Positions 1 to 9,732 are shown, counted from the first letter of the stretch. The stretch: DNA of 64,000 bases from Patescibacteria group bacterium (GCA_040384705.1 JAZKIU010000001.1:89907-153906); one strand, 5' to 3'. The notes: generated by a model not told the origin, from the sequence alone. Translations and numbers: made by a program.

Positions 1-335
1 GAGCGTATCTCCTGATAAATACTGGGTCCGGTCCGGTTCCACGTGAAAGCGCAGTTCTTTCCATCATGCCAAATGCGGCCCCCGTTTTCCTCCAGTAGGC
101 CATCCAAAAGCCCCAAGCCCCATTTAGGTCCTACATCCCGGGTCGCAAAGTAGCCACAAATAAAGAGCCTCGTCTTTAGCCTAGAAACTTAGTTTCCGAG
201 CTAAAAACGAGGCTCTTTCTTATTTCATAGAGTTTTCACGTGAAATGTTTATAATAGCCACCAGCTAAAAGCACTGCTCCGGTAGTGCTTTTAGCCTTTT
301 CTATACCCACCTTTCACGTGGAACAGCTCTAATCC

Positions 336-1799
336 CTAGCTAACGTGGTGCTTTTCCAGTATTTCGCGTACTTCCTTCTCTTCTTCCACTTCCCTTCGTT
401 TCTTGCCTGAATCCCCTAATTCTTTAAGTTCGCTATCCGAAAGTTCTAATAGGCCTTCCGTACGCGTATCTAAATAACCCTCATCGTTCTTCTGAGGATC
501 CTCAAGCACCTCCTCCAATAGTGCATGAAGAATAAAGCCTATCTTTGGTCCTGGTTGCACGTGGAACTTCTCCATAATCCTGCTTCCGTCAGTCTTTAGC
601 ATTGCGACGCTGATGGGGTCACGAAGAGCCTCCTCGACCATTGCCTTGTATCTCCGGAAGCGGAATGGCTGCTCCTTAGGGCGGCCAGTTCCTATGCGGT
701 CGCATATACGGAGATTGAGCAAATCCCATATATTATCCTCACCGACATTCACTATCATGCGGCGGACAGCTGAAAGGGTTATTTGGTCGGGATCCGAGAA
801 AAACATGTGCCAACGCACCAATTTGGTCACCTTATCGATAGTTTCACGTGAAAACCGCATATCCTCGAGCGCCTTACGAGTTACACGTGAACCAACAACC
901 TCATGACCATGAAATGTCCAATCCTTCTTTTCGTCTGACCAGCGGCGCGTTTCTGGCTTAGATACGTCATGGAATAGGGCAGCGAGGCGTATATCGAAAT
1001 CCCACTCCTTATCTGCTGCATGCTGTACAGCGCGCATAAGATGGCCAAAAACGTCATAGCTATGAGCCTGGTTCTGTTCGATGCCTATTCCACGAGTTAG
1101 GTCCGGGGCGATATGCTCAAGGATGCCAAGCTGCTGGGAAAGGGTAAGGGCCATCATCGGCTGCTTGGACTCGAGTATTCGGACGAATTCGTCCCTGATT
1201 CTTTCACGTGAAATGAGCTTGAGGTTTTGGCCCTTATTCTGTATAGCCGCAGCAGTTTCAGCATCAAGAGCGAACTCGAGCTCCGCAACCAATCGGACAG
1301 CCCTCATAAGACGTAGGCCATCCTCCTCGAAGCGGTCTTCGGCATTGCCGACAGTCCGCAAGACCCGAGCCTCTATATCTACCTGTCCTTTATAAGGGTC
1401 AACCAGCTGTCCTTTAGACTCATCGAGAGCGATGGCGTTGATAGTAAAGTCGCGACGGGCGAGGTCGTCCTCGAGGCTCTCGCCGAAGATGACCTCGTCC
1501 GGCCGACGCTTGTCCGAATACCCAGTCTCAGTTCGGTAGGGAGTCACTTCGATAACGGCGAGTTTCGAGCTTTCCGAGCCTGTCTTTACCCCCACCGTCC
1601 CGAACTCGTTCTCGTAGAAGGATTCCGGGAATATGCGCTGTATATCCTCGGGCTTCGCGTTCGTCGTTACATCCCAGTCCTTGGGCTCACGTTGGAGGAG
1701 GATATCGCGTACGCAGCCGCCGACTAGATAGGCTTCGAAACCTTCTTTACGAAGACCGTCAGATACGGCCTTCACTTCGAGCGGAACAGGGAAGTGCAT
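336..1799 (-). CDS. cca: CCA-adding tRNA nucleotidyltransferase with HD domain
   Basis: N-terminal polymerase-beta-like nucleotidyltransferase motifs (LVGGCVRDILL, DWD) followed by a C-terminal HD domain; 487 aa; ATG at 1797-1799. Confidence 0.9.
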   Translation of the reverse strand: MHFPVPLEVKAVSDGLRKEGFEAYLVGGCVRDILLQREPKDWDVTTNAKPEDIQRIFPESFYENEFGTVGVKTGSESSKLAVIEVTPYRTETGYSDKRRPDEVIFGESLEDDLARRDFTINAIALDESKGQLVDPYKGQVDIEARVLRTVGNAEDRFEEDGLRLMRAVRLVAELEFALDAETAAAIQNKGQNLKLISRERIRDEFVRILESKQPMMALTLSQQLGILEHIAPDLTRGIGIEQNQAHSYDVFGHLMRAVQHAADKEWDFDIRLAALFHDVSKPETRRWSDEKKDWTFHGHEVVGSRVTRKALEDMRFSRETIDKVTKLVRWHMFFSDPDQITLSAVRRMIVNVGEDNIWDLLNLRICDRIGTGRPKEQPFRFRRYKAMVEEALRDPISVAMLKTDGSRIMEKFHVQPGPKIGFILHALLEEVLEDPQKNDEGYLDTRTEGLLELSDSELKELGDSGKKRREVEEEKEVREILEKHHVS

Positions 1800-1982
1800 T
1801 GAGAAAATACTAGTATGTGTGTGGTCATTCTCCTAGCTCTCGCGTAGTATCTGAATACGCTCCTGTAGTGAAACGGATATCACAACAGTCTTCGGAACTG
1901 TCGTTCCAGGTTCGAGTCCTGGCGGGAGCACCACAAAGAGAAAAGGCCCCCTGGGCCTTTTCTCTTTGCTCGTTACTTCGAG

Positions 1983-2053
1983 TGCGGATAGGGAGAATCG
2001 AACTCCCGACTGATCCTTGGCAAGGATCCGTTTTACCACTAAACCATATCCGC
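1983..2053 (-). tRNA. tRNA-Gly (anticodon GCC)
   Basis: Reverse complement folds as a 71 nt cloverleaf: acceptor GCGGATA/TATCCGC, anticodon loop TTGCCAA, T-arm GGGAG-TTCGATT-CTCCC; no encoded CCA. Confidence 0.8.
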
Positions 2054-2392
2054 TTCGGGAGGCATCATAGCATGAAGATGCTGCGCTTATCCAGTGTATT
2101 TCAAGGAAATTCACGAAAATAGCTCTGTTCATAACTGGGGACAAACCTGTGTCCAGTGGGGATAAAGGACATAAGACAGGAAAGGCAATTTGGAGCGAGT
2201 CCGAAGAATACCTAGCAAATACAACACTTTATTCTTAGTCACGGTCTCGGTCATATATGCACCCGATATAAACTTGTCCACGAACATATGCCCGTAGCGC
2301 AGGGGGACTTGAGGGACGTGCATACACATGACACGGCGCACCAACCTGGGGCACCTCCCCCAAATCCGGGAAAGCTGGTAGGATGCAGTAAA

Positions 2393-2463
2393 CGGGGTGT
2401 CGTATACCGGTAGTACGTCTGCTTTGGGAGCAGATAGACGGAGTTCAATTCTCCGCACCCCGA
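2393..2463 (+). tRNA. tRNA-Pro (anticodon UGG)
   Basis: Acceptor CGGGGTG/CACCCCG, anticodon stem TCTGC/GCAGA with loop TTTGGGA (G37), T-arm GGAG-TTCAATT-CTCC, discriminator A. Confidence 0.75.
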
Positions 2464-3531
2464 CTAACGTCCAAGCGTCGCAAGAAGCTTCTTGCCCATG
2501 CGCTCCGCATCGTCCACGAAGACTGAGACAAAGCCCTTAACGCTTCCATTTCTGAAGTAGGAGTCGAATTCCTGGCCGCTATCCTTTTTGAAGCTGCTGC
2601 GAATGTGCCCGGCGGTAACTACTCGTACCTCACGGTTGCCGAACTCGCCCTTATCGCTTGCGGTCGTGATTATCCCTACCAACTGGCCGCTCGCGTTCAC
2701 GATGCCGCCGCCTGAGGAACCGTGCTGGCCGGCCGCGCTTCCGCTTAGCGTGAGGAGATCGACGCTGGTTGAGTCGAAGGTAAAGATGCTCTTCACTTGA
2801 GCGAACACGAGCGTAGGCAGAAGCGAGCTCTGTATCTGCTTGGAGGTGAGGTTCTGCGCACCATAGGAGCCGATACCCACGTTGTCCTTGAGTTTCGGCG
2901 TTGCTTTGGTGAGCGGAACATAGGGAAAAGAACTAGGGAGGGGAATAGGTGATGCGCTCTCGGTTATCGCGAGTACGGCGAAGTCATGCTCTCCGGTGCC
3001 CCGCGCTACCGTCGCGGCTATGGTGTCAGGATTGTCTTGTATCCATTCGCTTGATACATACGCCGCTTCTGCCCTGTACGCGGCCTGTGCGGGGCTTCCA
3101 GCGCGAATGGTGCAGGTTACAGCCCCTTCAGGCAGTACCTCTTTCAGCATGTAGTACTGCGCAATGTGGCTATTGGTGAGGATGAGGCCCTTAGGATCGA
3201 AGATGACACCGCTGCCGGACATCGAACGGACCTTCGCGTCCTTCGACATGCAGACGATATTCACTATCGCGCCGCGAAGCGTACCAAGTGCGAGCGCAAG
3301 GTCAGTCGAAGGGGCGTCAGGGAGAAGGGGAGCGAGTCCGGTCGGGGCTGCGGGCTTGGGTGGAGCAGGTTTCGGGAGCTGGGCTTTAGGAAGCGGGACC
3401 GTACTCGTTGCAGTCGGGCCGAATATACCGGTTACTTGAGGCGTGGTAGAGCCTATCTGCGTTCCGTAGAGCGAGTTAAGCGTAATGATGAGCGCGGAAA
3501 GCGCGGAGATGACGCCTTGGAGAGCGGGCAT
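2464..3531 (-). CDS. Secreted/membrane-anchored trypsin-like serine protease (S1C, HtrA-like, no obvious PDZ)
   Basis: N-terminal TM helix, Pro-rich linker, catalytic motifs TNSHIA and GSSGGGIV typical of S1 peptidases; 355 aa. Confidence 0.8.
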   Translation of the reverse strand: MPALQGVISALSALIITLNSLYGTQIGSTTPQVTGIFGPTATSTVPLPKAQLPKPAPPKPAAPTGLAPLLPDAPSTDLALALGTLRGAIVNIVCMSKDAKVRSMSGSGVIFDPKGLILTNSHIAQYYMLKEVLPEGAVTCTIRAGSPAQAAYRAEAAYVSSEWIQDNPDTIAATVARGTGEHDFAVLAITESASPIPLPSSFPYVPLTKATPKLKDNVGIGSYGAQNLTSKQIQSSLLPTLVFAQVKSIFTFDSTSVDLLTLSGSAAGQHGSSGGGIVNASGQLVGIITTASDKGEFGNREVRVVTAGHIRSSFKKDSGQEFDSYFRNGSVKGFVSVFVDDAERMGKKLLATLGR

Positions 3532-3601
3532 ATATGAACGCTACACCGGAGCCGTTCAAAAATACAGCCCGCGCGCTGGCTATGGTATCCTCTTTGGCGA
3601 A

Positions 3602-3672
3602 GCGGGATTAGTTTAATGGTAGAACATCAGTTTTCCAAACTGAGAGCAGGAGTCCGATTCTCCTATCCCGCA
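3602..3672 (+). tRNA. tRNA-Gly (anticodon UCC)
   Basis: Acceptor GCGGGAT/ATCCCGC, anticodon loop TTTCCAA, T-arm AGGAG-TCCGATT-CTCCT; 71 nt. Confidence 0.8.
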
Positions 3673-3820
3673 CACTCTTATGCAGGCCTGCGAAAGCAAT
3701 GCCTATCCACCACGTCTTACCCTTTAGTCCACCAAACCTGCCTTCATTGCTTTTCCACCTACTTTTGGTGTAATGTCGGTAGTAGGTACCGGGCGAACGA
3801 TTATAAATGGCTTATTTACT

Positions 3821-4735
3821 ATGCAGAAAATCACTTCTAAGACAGGAATCCTAGCTTTTGCGGCGTTTATCGCGGCAGCTTTCATGATTCTGGGCTTCGC
3901 TCAGGCAGCAAGCGCCCAGGCGACGCAGTGCGTATTCACCCGTGACCTCGGACTCGGGGCAGTGGGCGAGGACGTACGCTGCCTCCAGCGTTACCTCAAC
4001 GCTTCGGGCTACACCGTAGCTTTCTCGGGTATTGGGTCTTATGGCTATGAGGGCACCTACTTCGGCACGCTCACCCAGGCAGCTGTTGCTCGCCTCCAGG
4101 CAGCAAACGGGCAGCAGGTAACCGGATACTTCCGTGTTGCATCGCTCACTGGTGGAAGCTCGAACCCCTTCACGAACAATCCTATCAACACGGGTTCATC
4201 GAACAATGATGACGATGATCACGATCGCAACGATGCCCGCAAGGCAATCCGCGATGCGGAAGAGGCGTACGACGATGCTAAGGATGAGGTAGAGGAGGCG
4301 GAGGACAAGAACAAGGACATCAATGATGCCGATGACTTCCTCGACGATGCCCGCAAGGACCTCCGTCAGGCGGACCGTGCGTACGATGATGAGGAGTATG
4401 ATGACGCCGTAGACTTCGCTAACGATGCGGAGGATGCAGCCGAGGATGCTATCGATGAGATAGACGACAACGACGGCACCAACAGCGGTACCGAGAGCCG
4501 CGCTCGCGAAGCTCTTGAGGACGCTGATGACGCTATCGACGACGCATGGGAGGACGTCGAGGATGCTGAAGACGATGGCGAGGATGTCGACGAAGCCGAG
4601 GACCTCCTTGATGAGGCCGAGGAAGAGTACGACGACGCTATCGATGCGTTCGACGACAAGGACTACGATGAAGCTATCGATCGTGCAGAGGAGGCAGAGG
4701 ACCTCGCTGACGAGGCTGTCGACGAGCTCGACTAA
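3821..4735 (+). CDS. Secreted protein with peptidoglycan-binding (PG_binding_1-like) domain and a highly acidic D/E-rich repetitive C-terminal region
   Basis: Signal peptide MQKITSKTGILAFAAFIAAAFMILGFAQAASAQA; PG-binding-like segment GEDVRCLQRYLNASGY...TGYF; about 170 aa of DDAxDxxEDAED-type repeats. Confidence 0.7.
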   Translation: MQKITSKTGILAFAAFIAAAFMILGFAQAASAQATQCVFTRDLGLGAVGEDVRCLQRYLNASGYTVAFSGIGSYGYEGTYFGTLTQAAVARLQAANGQQVTGYFRVASLTGGSSNPFTNNPINTGSSNNDDDDHDRNDARKAIRDAEEAYDDAKDEVEEAEDKNKDINDADDFLDDARKDLRQADRAYDDEEYDDAVDFANDAEDAAEDAIDEIDDNDGTNSGTESRAREALEDADDAIDDAWEDVEDAEDDGEDVDEAEDLLDEAEEEYDDAIDAFDDKDYDEAIDRAEEAEDLADEAVDELD

Positions 4736-4834
4736 TCGACTAGTCGCTCAAAGGAAAACACCCGCTTCTGGCGGGTGTTTTCTTTAATTGAATCCCTTCA
4801 TTGATTTTCATACTGTGGAGCGTACCCTTTCCAT

Positions 4835-5974
4835 ATGGAACCGCTCGCCAATCGTATACGACCACAGACCATCGAAGAGGTGGTGGGGCAGGAGCATCTC
4901 GTTGGAGAAGGGAAGCCCCTTCGTGTCGCGATAGAGAAGCAGCACCGCTTCTCGTTCATCTTGTGGGGGCCACCAGGCACCGGCAAAACCACCATCGCCC
5001 GTATCTATGCCCGAGCGCTCGATGCGGAGCTTCATGAGCTCTCCGCGGTCTCAGCCGGCAAGGATGACATACGGAAGATAGTCGGCGAGAGCCGGACACC
5101 CACGCTCGGGCTTCGTCCCAAGGTGCTCTTCCTGGATGAGATACATCGCTTCAATAAAGCGCAGCAGGACTTCCTCCTGCCCTACGTCGAGAGCGGCGAA
5201 CTCACGCTGATTGGCGCCACTACCGAGAACCCTTCGTTCGAAGTCATTCCAGCGCTTCTCTCGAGGGCTCGTGTATTCGTGCTCGAGCCGCTTTCAGAGG
5301 AATCACTACGGGCGATAGTCGCCCGAGCCAAAGTGAAGCTCGGTAAGGACGCATTCGAGTGGTTGATGGGATACGCGAACGGGGACGCCAGGCGCGCCCT
5401 CACGGTGCTTGAGGGCGCTAAGACGCTTTATGGGAAGGTGACGGTAGATACGCTCAATAGGGCGCTCGAGGACCCCCATCTGCGCTACGACAAGAAGGGC
5501 GAGGAGCACTACGACACCATAAGCGCGTTCATAAAGAGCATGCGTGCCAGCCAGCCCGACGCCGCCATGTACTATCTCGCCCGCATGGTAGAGGCAGGTG
5601 AGGACCCGCTCTTCATCGCGAGAAGAATGGTCATCTTCGCATCAGAGGACATAGGGCTCGCGCAGCCCACCGCCCTCGTCGTCGCTAACTCGGTGTTCCG
5701 CGCTTGCGAAGTCATCGGATATCCGGAATGCGCCATCAATCTTGCGCATGGCGTCGCGTATCTTGCGAACGCTGCGAAGGACCGTTCCGCGTACGATGCG
5801 TTGATGGCGGCCCAATCCGACGCACGCAAGCTCGGGAACCTTCCCATACCGAAGAAGATACGGAATGCACCAACCAAGCTCATGAAGGAGCTCGGGTACC
5901 ACAAGGGGTATAAGAAATACGACGAGGAGAGCTATCTACCCGATAAATTGAAGGATAAGAAGTACTTCACATAG
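4835..5974 (+). CDS. rarA: Replication-associated recombination protein A (AAA+ ATPase)
   Basis: Walker A GPPGTGKTT, MgsA/RarA C-terminal motifs MYYLARM...DPLFIARRMVIFASEDIGLA; 379 aa. Confidence 0.9.
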   Translation: MEPLANRIRPQTIEEVVGQEHLVGEGKPLRVAIEKQHRFSFILWGPPGTGKTTIARIYARALDAELHELSAVSAGKDDIRKIVGESRTPTLGLRPKVLFLDEIHRFNKAQQDFLLPYVESGELTLIGATTENPSFEVIPALLSRARVFVLEPLSEESLRAIVARAKVKLGKDAFEWLMGYANGDARRALTVLEGAKTLYGKVTVDTLNRALEDPHLRYDKKGEEHYDTISAFIKSMRASQPDAAMYYLARMVEAGEDPLFIARRMVIFASEDIGLAQPTALVVANSVFRACEVIGYPECAINLAHGVAYLANAAKDRSAYDALMAAQSDARKLGNLPIPKKIRNAPTKLMKELGYHKGYKKYDEESYLPDKLKDKKYFT

Positions 5975-5975
5975 T

Positions 5976-6003
5976 AAAAGCCCCAGCAAGCGCTGGGGCT
6001 TTT
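5976..6003. terminator. Bidirectional rho-independent terminator between rarA and hup
   Basis: Hairpin aaaagCCCCAGC-aagc-GCTGGGGctttt flanked by A/T tracts between convergent genes. Confidence 0.6.
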
Positions 6004-6021
6004 ACTATAAAGAAGCGGATA

Positions 6022-6294
6022 TTACTTAACCGCGTCCTTGAGCGCCTTAGCCGCGCGGAACTTAGGAGTGCGCGTAGCGGCGATCTTGATGGTCTCGCCG
6101 GTGCGAGGGTTGCGACCGGTGCGCGCTGGGCGAGCCTTCGCGCTGAAGATACCGAGGCCTGCGATCGAAACCTCATCACCTGCCTTGAGGCCGGTGGTGA
6201 TGCAATCGATGATGGTCTCGACTGCGCGCTCTGCGTCAGCCTTGGTGGTGCCAAGGGTGTCCTGCACTTTTGCTGCGATTTCTGCTTTGTTCAT
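6022..6294 (-). CDS. hup: DNA-binding protein HU
   Basis: MNKAEIAAKVQDTLGTTKADAERAVETIIDCITTGLKAGDEVSIAGLGIFSAKARPARTGRNPRTGETIKI, canonical HU fold, 90 aa; upstream part of the listed 149 aa ORF is a spurious extension. Confidence 0.85.
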   Translation of the reverse strand: MNKAEIAAKVQDTLGTTKADAERAVETIIDCITTGLKAGDEVSIAGLGIFSAKARPARTGRNPRTGETIKIAATRTPKFRAAKALKDAVK

Positions 6295-6438
6295 AAACGT
6301 CTGGGGAGTCTTTAGGGCTAATCCCCTCTCGGGGAGGGTACGGGAAAAGTATAGGAAATGAGCCATATTGCGCAATAGGGCTTGCAAATAGGCGGGGATA
6401 AGGTGAAATAGCGATTTTCGCCCTCGTATACTGGCGGT

Positions 6439-6729
6439 ATGAACATCTTCGAGTTCGGAAGGCCTAAGCAAAAGACGATAGAACCGGTCGAATCAGCGCC
6501 AGAAAATGTAGTACATACGCCACATCCTGAGAATCTCCCCGACATATTCGCGGACGTACGGAACAGCCTCGCCGCAGGAAAGGTGGGCGAGGCTGATCTT
6601 GAATTGAACCTGGATTACTCGAAGATTGAAGAGCTCGAACGGGCAGGAAAGCTTACCGAAGAGGAGGCGCAGGTGCTCCGCGACGAGGCGGCTGCCTTCG
6701 AGAGGGAAATCCGCCGCGAAGCCGCCTAA
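6439..6729 (+). CDS. Hypothetical small acidic protein
   Basis: 96 aa ORF with protein-like composition; no recognised domain. Confidence 0.4.
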   Translation: MNIFEFGRPKQKTIEPVESAPENVVHTPHPENLPDIFADVRNSLAAGKVGEADLELNLDYSKIEELERAGKLTEEEAQVLRDEAAAFEREIRREAA

Positions 6730-8259
6730 CTAGCGGGCGAATTCGACGACGCGGTTCTCGCGGATGACGTTCACCTTTATCTCTCCCGGGTATTTAAGTT
6801 CCGATTGCACGCGATCCGCAATCTTGCGAGCAAGCTTGTGGGTCTCGAGGTCCGAAACCTTGCCGGGGTTCACGAAGATACGTATCTCGCGGCCTGCTGA
6901 GATGGCATATACCTTCTCGACGCCTTCGAATCCCTTCGCGATGCGCTCAAGATCGCCGAGGCGCTCGAGATAGCGCTCTACGGTGTCGCGGCGTGCACCA
7001 GGGCGACCCGCTGAGATGGCGTCCGCCACCTGCACGATGACGGATTCCGGCGTTTCATACGGATATTCCTCGTGATGCGCCTGCATAGCCTGGATGACTT
7101 CCTTCGCCACGCCGAACTTCTCGAGTATGCGGCGGCCTATTTCCACATGCGTACCCTGCACTTCATGGTCGACGGCCTTGCCGATGTCATGGAGGAGCGC
7201 GCCCGCGCGCGCGGTCTGAGCATCAGCACCAAGCTCATCTGAAAGCATGCCGGCGATATGCGCCATCTCTATTGAGTGCTGGAGCACATTCTGCCCATAG
7301 CTCGTGCGGAAGTGGAGGCGGCCAAGGAGCGCGATGAGGCGAGGGTCGAGTCCCACGATACCTACCTCATACGCCGCTTCCTCGCCCTTCTGCTTCACCA
7401 TGTCCTGTACCTGCTTCTTCGCTTTCTCAACGGTATCCTCTATCTTCGCGGGCTGGATACGCCCATCCTCGAGGAGTTCCTCAAGCGCCAGTTTCGCGAT
7501 ATGACGGCGGAGCGGATCGAATGACGAGAGCGTTATCTTATCCGGAGCGTCATCGATGATGACATCGACACCGGTCGCACGCTCGAATGCCTTTATATTC
7601 CTTCCTTCCTTACCGATTATCTTCCCCTTCATCTCCTCGGAAGGAAGCGTGACGGAAAGCGTCATGATATCCGCATTCACGCTCGAACCGAGACGATGGA
7701 TGGTGGAAAGGAGTATGGAGCGCGCCTTCTCCTCGAGCTGCTTCCTCCCATGCGCCTCGAGCTTCTGGAGGCGGGCGAGCAATGCCTCGACCTCGGTTTC
7801 CTCGAGGTCCTTCATGAGCATGGTGCGGGCTTCCTCCTCGGAGAGACGGCCCATACGTACGAGCTCGAGACGGCGCTCCTTGAGGAGCTTCTCTGCATCC
7901 TTCCGCAGGTTAGTCGCTTCGTTCTCACGATTACGCACCTCTTCCGCTTCCATGGAGAGGGTACGCTCACGCTCATCGAGGAATTCCTCGCGCTTCGCGA
8001 TGCGTTCGGTGGACTTGATGAGCACCTCCTCCCGTTCCTTGAGGGGAAGCGCCTTCTCCTTCTCCAGCTGAAGAGAGCGTGCTTCAGCTTCAGCGACTAT
8101 CTTGTTAGCGCGTTCCTTCGCTTCGAGAAACTTCTGCTTCACCTCGAGCTCCAAGGAGCCGCGCTGGCCGAGCGCGATGAGGAGCCGGAGCACGTACCCC
8201 AGCGCGATGCCGGCGAGCCCCGAAAGGGCTAGCAAGCTCAATATTAGTTTTATGGACAT
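6730..8259 (-). CDS. rny: Ribonuclease Y
   Basis: N-terminal TM helix, long coiled-coil, KH domain and HD domain (HSIEMAHIAGMLSDELG...LLHDIGKA); 509 aa. Confidence 0.9.
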   Translation of the reverse strand: MSIKLILSLLALSGLAGIALGYVLRLLIALGQRGSLELEVKQKFLEAKERANKIVAEAEARSLQLEKEKALPLKEREEVLIKSTERIAKREEFLDERERTLSMEAEEVRNRENEATNLRKDAEKLLKERRLELVRMGRLSEEEARTMLMKDLEETEVEALLARLQKLEAHGRKQLEEKARSILLSTIHRLGSSVNADIMTLSVTLPSEEMKGKIIGKEGRNIKAFERATGVDVIIDDAPDKITLSSFDPLRRHIAKLALEELLEDGRIQPAKIEDTVEKAKKQVQDMVKQKGEEAAYEVGIVGLDPRLIALLGRLHFRTSYGQNVLQHSIEMAHIAGMLSDELGADAQTARAGALLHDIGKAVDHEVQGTHVEIGRRILEKFGVAKEVIQAMQAHHEEYPYETPESVIVQVADAISAGRPGARRDTVERYLERLGDLERIAKGFEGVEKVYAISAGREIRIFVNPGKVSDLETHKLARKIADRVQSELKYPGEIKVNVIRENRVVEFAR

Positions 8260-8477
8260 ACAATTCGGGTCCCGTGCGAGGCTATACGCCTCACGCAGGA
8301 GTTAAGGCAAGATAAGGTCAGCCGGAAATCAGTCGAATAAGCGTCTCGTGCGTGGCCTGACTACGGGCACGATACACCTATATATTGGAGCGCGCAAAAC
8401 AAAGCAATTACTCGACAAATAGCGCATAGAGCGTTATATATGTTGCGGGTTAAGTTTCGTATCTCTGGTGGGAGTGG

Positions 8478-8735
8478 GTGATGAGGCAACCGGATATCAA
8501 TTGGAAGGATGAGCAGGTGTTAGAGGTCCTGAGAGAAGGCTTCTTCCGAGGAGATAGTAGCTCTGAGATAGCTGCTCAACTGCGCGAGAAATGCTCAATT
8601 CCGAAACTCGAAGGCCATCTCGTATCACTGGCGCTGAAGAAAGATCACGTGCTTAAGTGGCTCGAGGATAAGTGCGGTAAGGATGTTGTGGAATCCAGGC
8701 TTCGAGTCAGAAGAGTCCGACAGGGACGAGGGTGA
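8478..8735 (+). CDS. Hypothetical small protein
   Basis: 85 aa ORF followed by a terminator hairpin; no recognised domain. Confidence 0.35.
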   Translation: MMRQPDINWKDEQVLEVLREGFFRGDSSSEIAAQLREKCSIPKLEGHLVSLALKKDHVLKWLEDKCGKDVVESRLRVRRVRQGRG

Positions 8736-8751
8736 CAAATTCACCAAACGA

Positions 8752-8785
8752 AAACGCCCCGGCGATGCTATCGCCGGGGCGTTCG
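8752..8785. terminator. Bidirectional terminator between the 8478 gene and clpP
   Basis: Hairpin CGCCCCGGCGA-tgcta-TCGCCGGGGCG. Confidence 0.55.
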
Positions 8786-8798
8786 AATGTCACAATAC

Positions 8799-9398
8799 TT
8801 AACGCTTGTAGACGGAATCGATGATGCCATACTTCTTCGCGTCGTCCGCCATCATGAAGTAGTCGCGGTCGACATCCTTCTCGACTTTGGCGAGCGGCTG
8901 CCCGGTGTTCTTCGAGAGAATCTTGTTGAGCCGTTCACGGGTCGCGATGATGTGCTTCGCGGTTATCTCGATATCGGTCGCCTGCCCCTGTGCGCCGCCC
9001 CATGGCTGATGAATCATCACTTCGGCGTTCGGGAGCGCATAGCGCTTGCCCTTCTCTCCGGCAGAGAGGATGACTGCTGCAGCAGATGCCGCCATACCCA
9101 CGCATACGGTAGAGACCGCAGGCTTCACATGGTTCATGGTGTCGAGGATGGCGAGTCCTGCCGTCACCGAGCCGCCCGGGCTATTTATATAGAGCGAGAT
9201 GTCCTTCTTTGGGTCTTCCGACTCGAGGAAGAGGAGCTGGGCGATGATGAGGTTCGCTACATCATCATCGATGCCGCCGCCGAGGAAGATGATGCGCTCG
9301 CGCAGCAGGCGCGAGTATATGTCATAGGCGCGTTCGCCGAATTGCGACTTCTCTATGACCATCGGGATAAGCATGGATGCGCGGGGCGTGGTGTTCAT
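8799..9398 (-). CDS. clpP: ATP-dependent Clp protease proteolytic subunit
   Basis: ClpP signature segments [19 protein letters not shown] and catalytic Ser/His context; 199 aa. Confidence 0.9.
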   Translation of the reverse strand: MNTTPRASMLIPMVIEKSQFGERAYDIYSRLLRERIIFLGGGIDDDVANLIIAQLLFLESEDPKKDISLYINSPGGSVTAGLAILDTMNHVKPAVSTVCVGMAASAAAVILSAGEKGKRYALPNAEVMIHQPWGGAQGQATDIEITAKHIIATRERLNKILSKNTGQPLAKVEKDVDRDYFMMADDAKKYGIIDSVYKR

Positions 9399-9477
9399 AT
9401 ATACAGGCAGTTACGTCCGGCAATGGTATCAGAAAAGAGCGATGAACGGAAAACCGCGACCCTAGGGTCGCGGTTTT

Positions 9478-9732
9478 CTAGATGTTCGCGTCGATGTCGA
9501 CGCTCGTTCCTTCGCCCGCGGGCGCTGGCTCCATACGCTCGCCCCAGCTATAGAGCGCGGCAGTGAGGATGAGTCCCACGATCATGACAATGCCGATGAG
9601 GCCGCCCCAGGAACCTTTCTCGGTGCTTTTCCCTCCGGTCACGACAGGCGGGATAATGACGGTAGTAGAAGAAGTATCAGGAGAAGGGGTCGAGCTAACG
9701 TCAGCTGAGGGGGTCGATGAGGCAGTATCCAT
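9478..9732 (-). CDS. Hypothetical small membrane protein with S/T/P-rich N-terminal region
   Basis: MDTASSTPSADVSSTPSPDTSST...GLIGIVMIVGLILTAALY, one TM helix; terminator hairpin immediately downstream (9449-9478). Confidence 0.4.
   Translation of the reverse strand: MDTASSTPSADVSSTPSPDTSSTTVIIPPVVTGGKSTEKGSWGGLIGIVMIVGLILTAALYSWGERMEPAPAGEGTSVDIDANI

Noticed and set aside
1817-2144. 101 aa (+) and 103 aa (-) ORFs
   Set aside because: Both overlap tRNA-Gly(GCC) and the tRNA spacer. They have no coding signal.
3616-3840. 74 aa ORF
   Set aside because: It starts inside tRNA-Gly(UCC) and ends in the signal-peptide region of the next gene.
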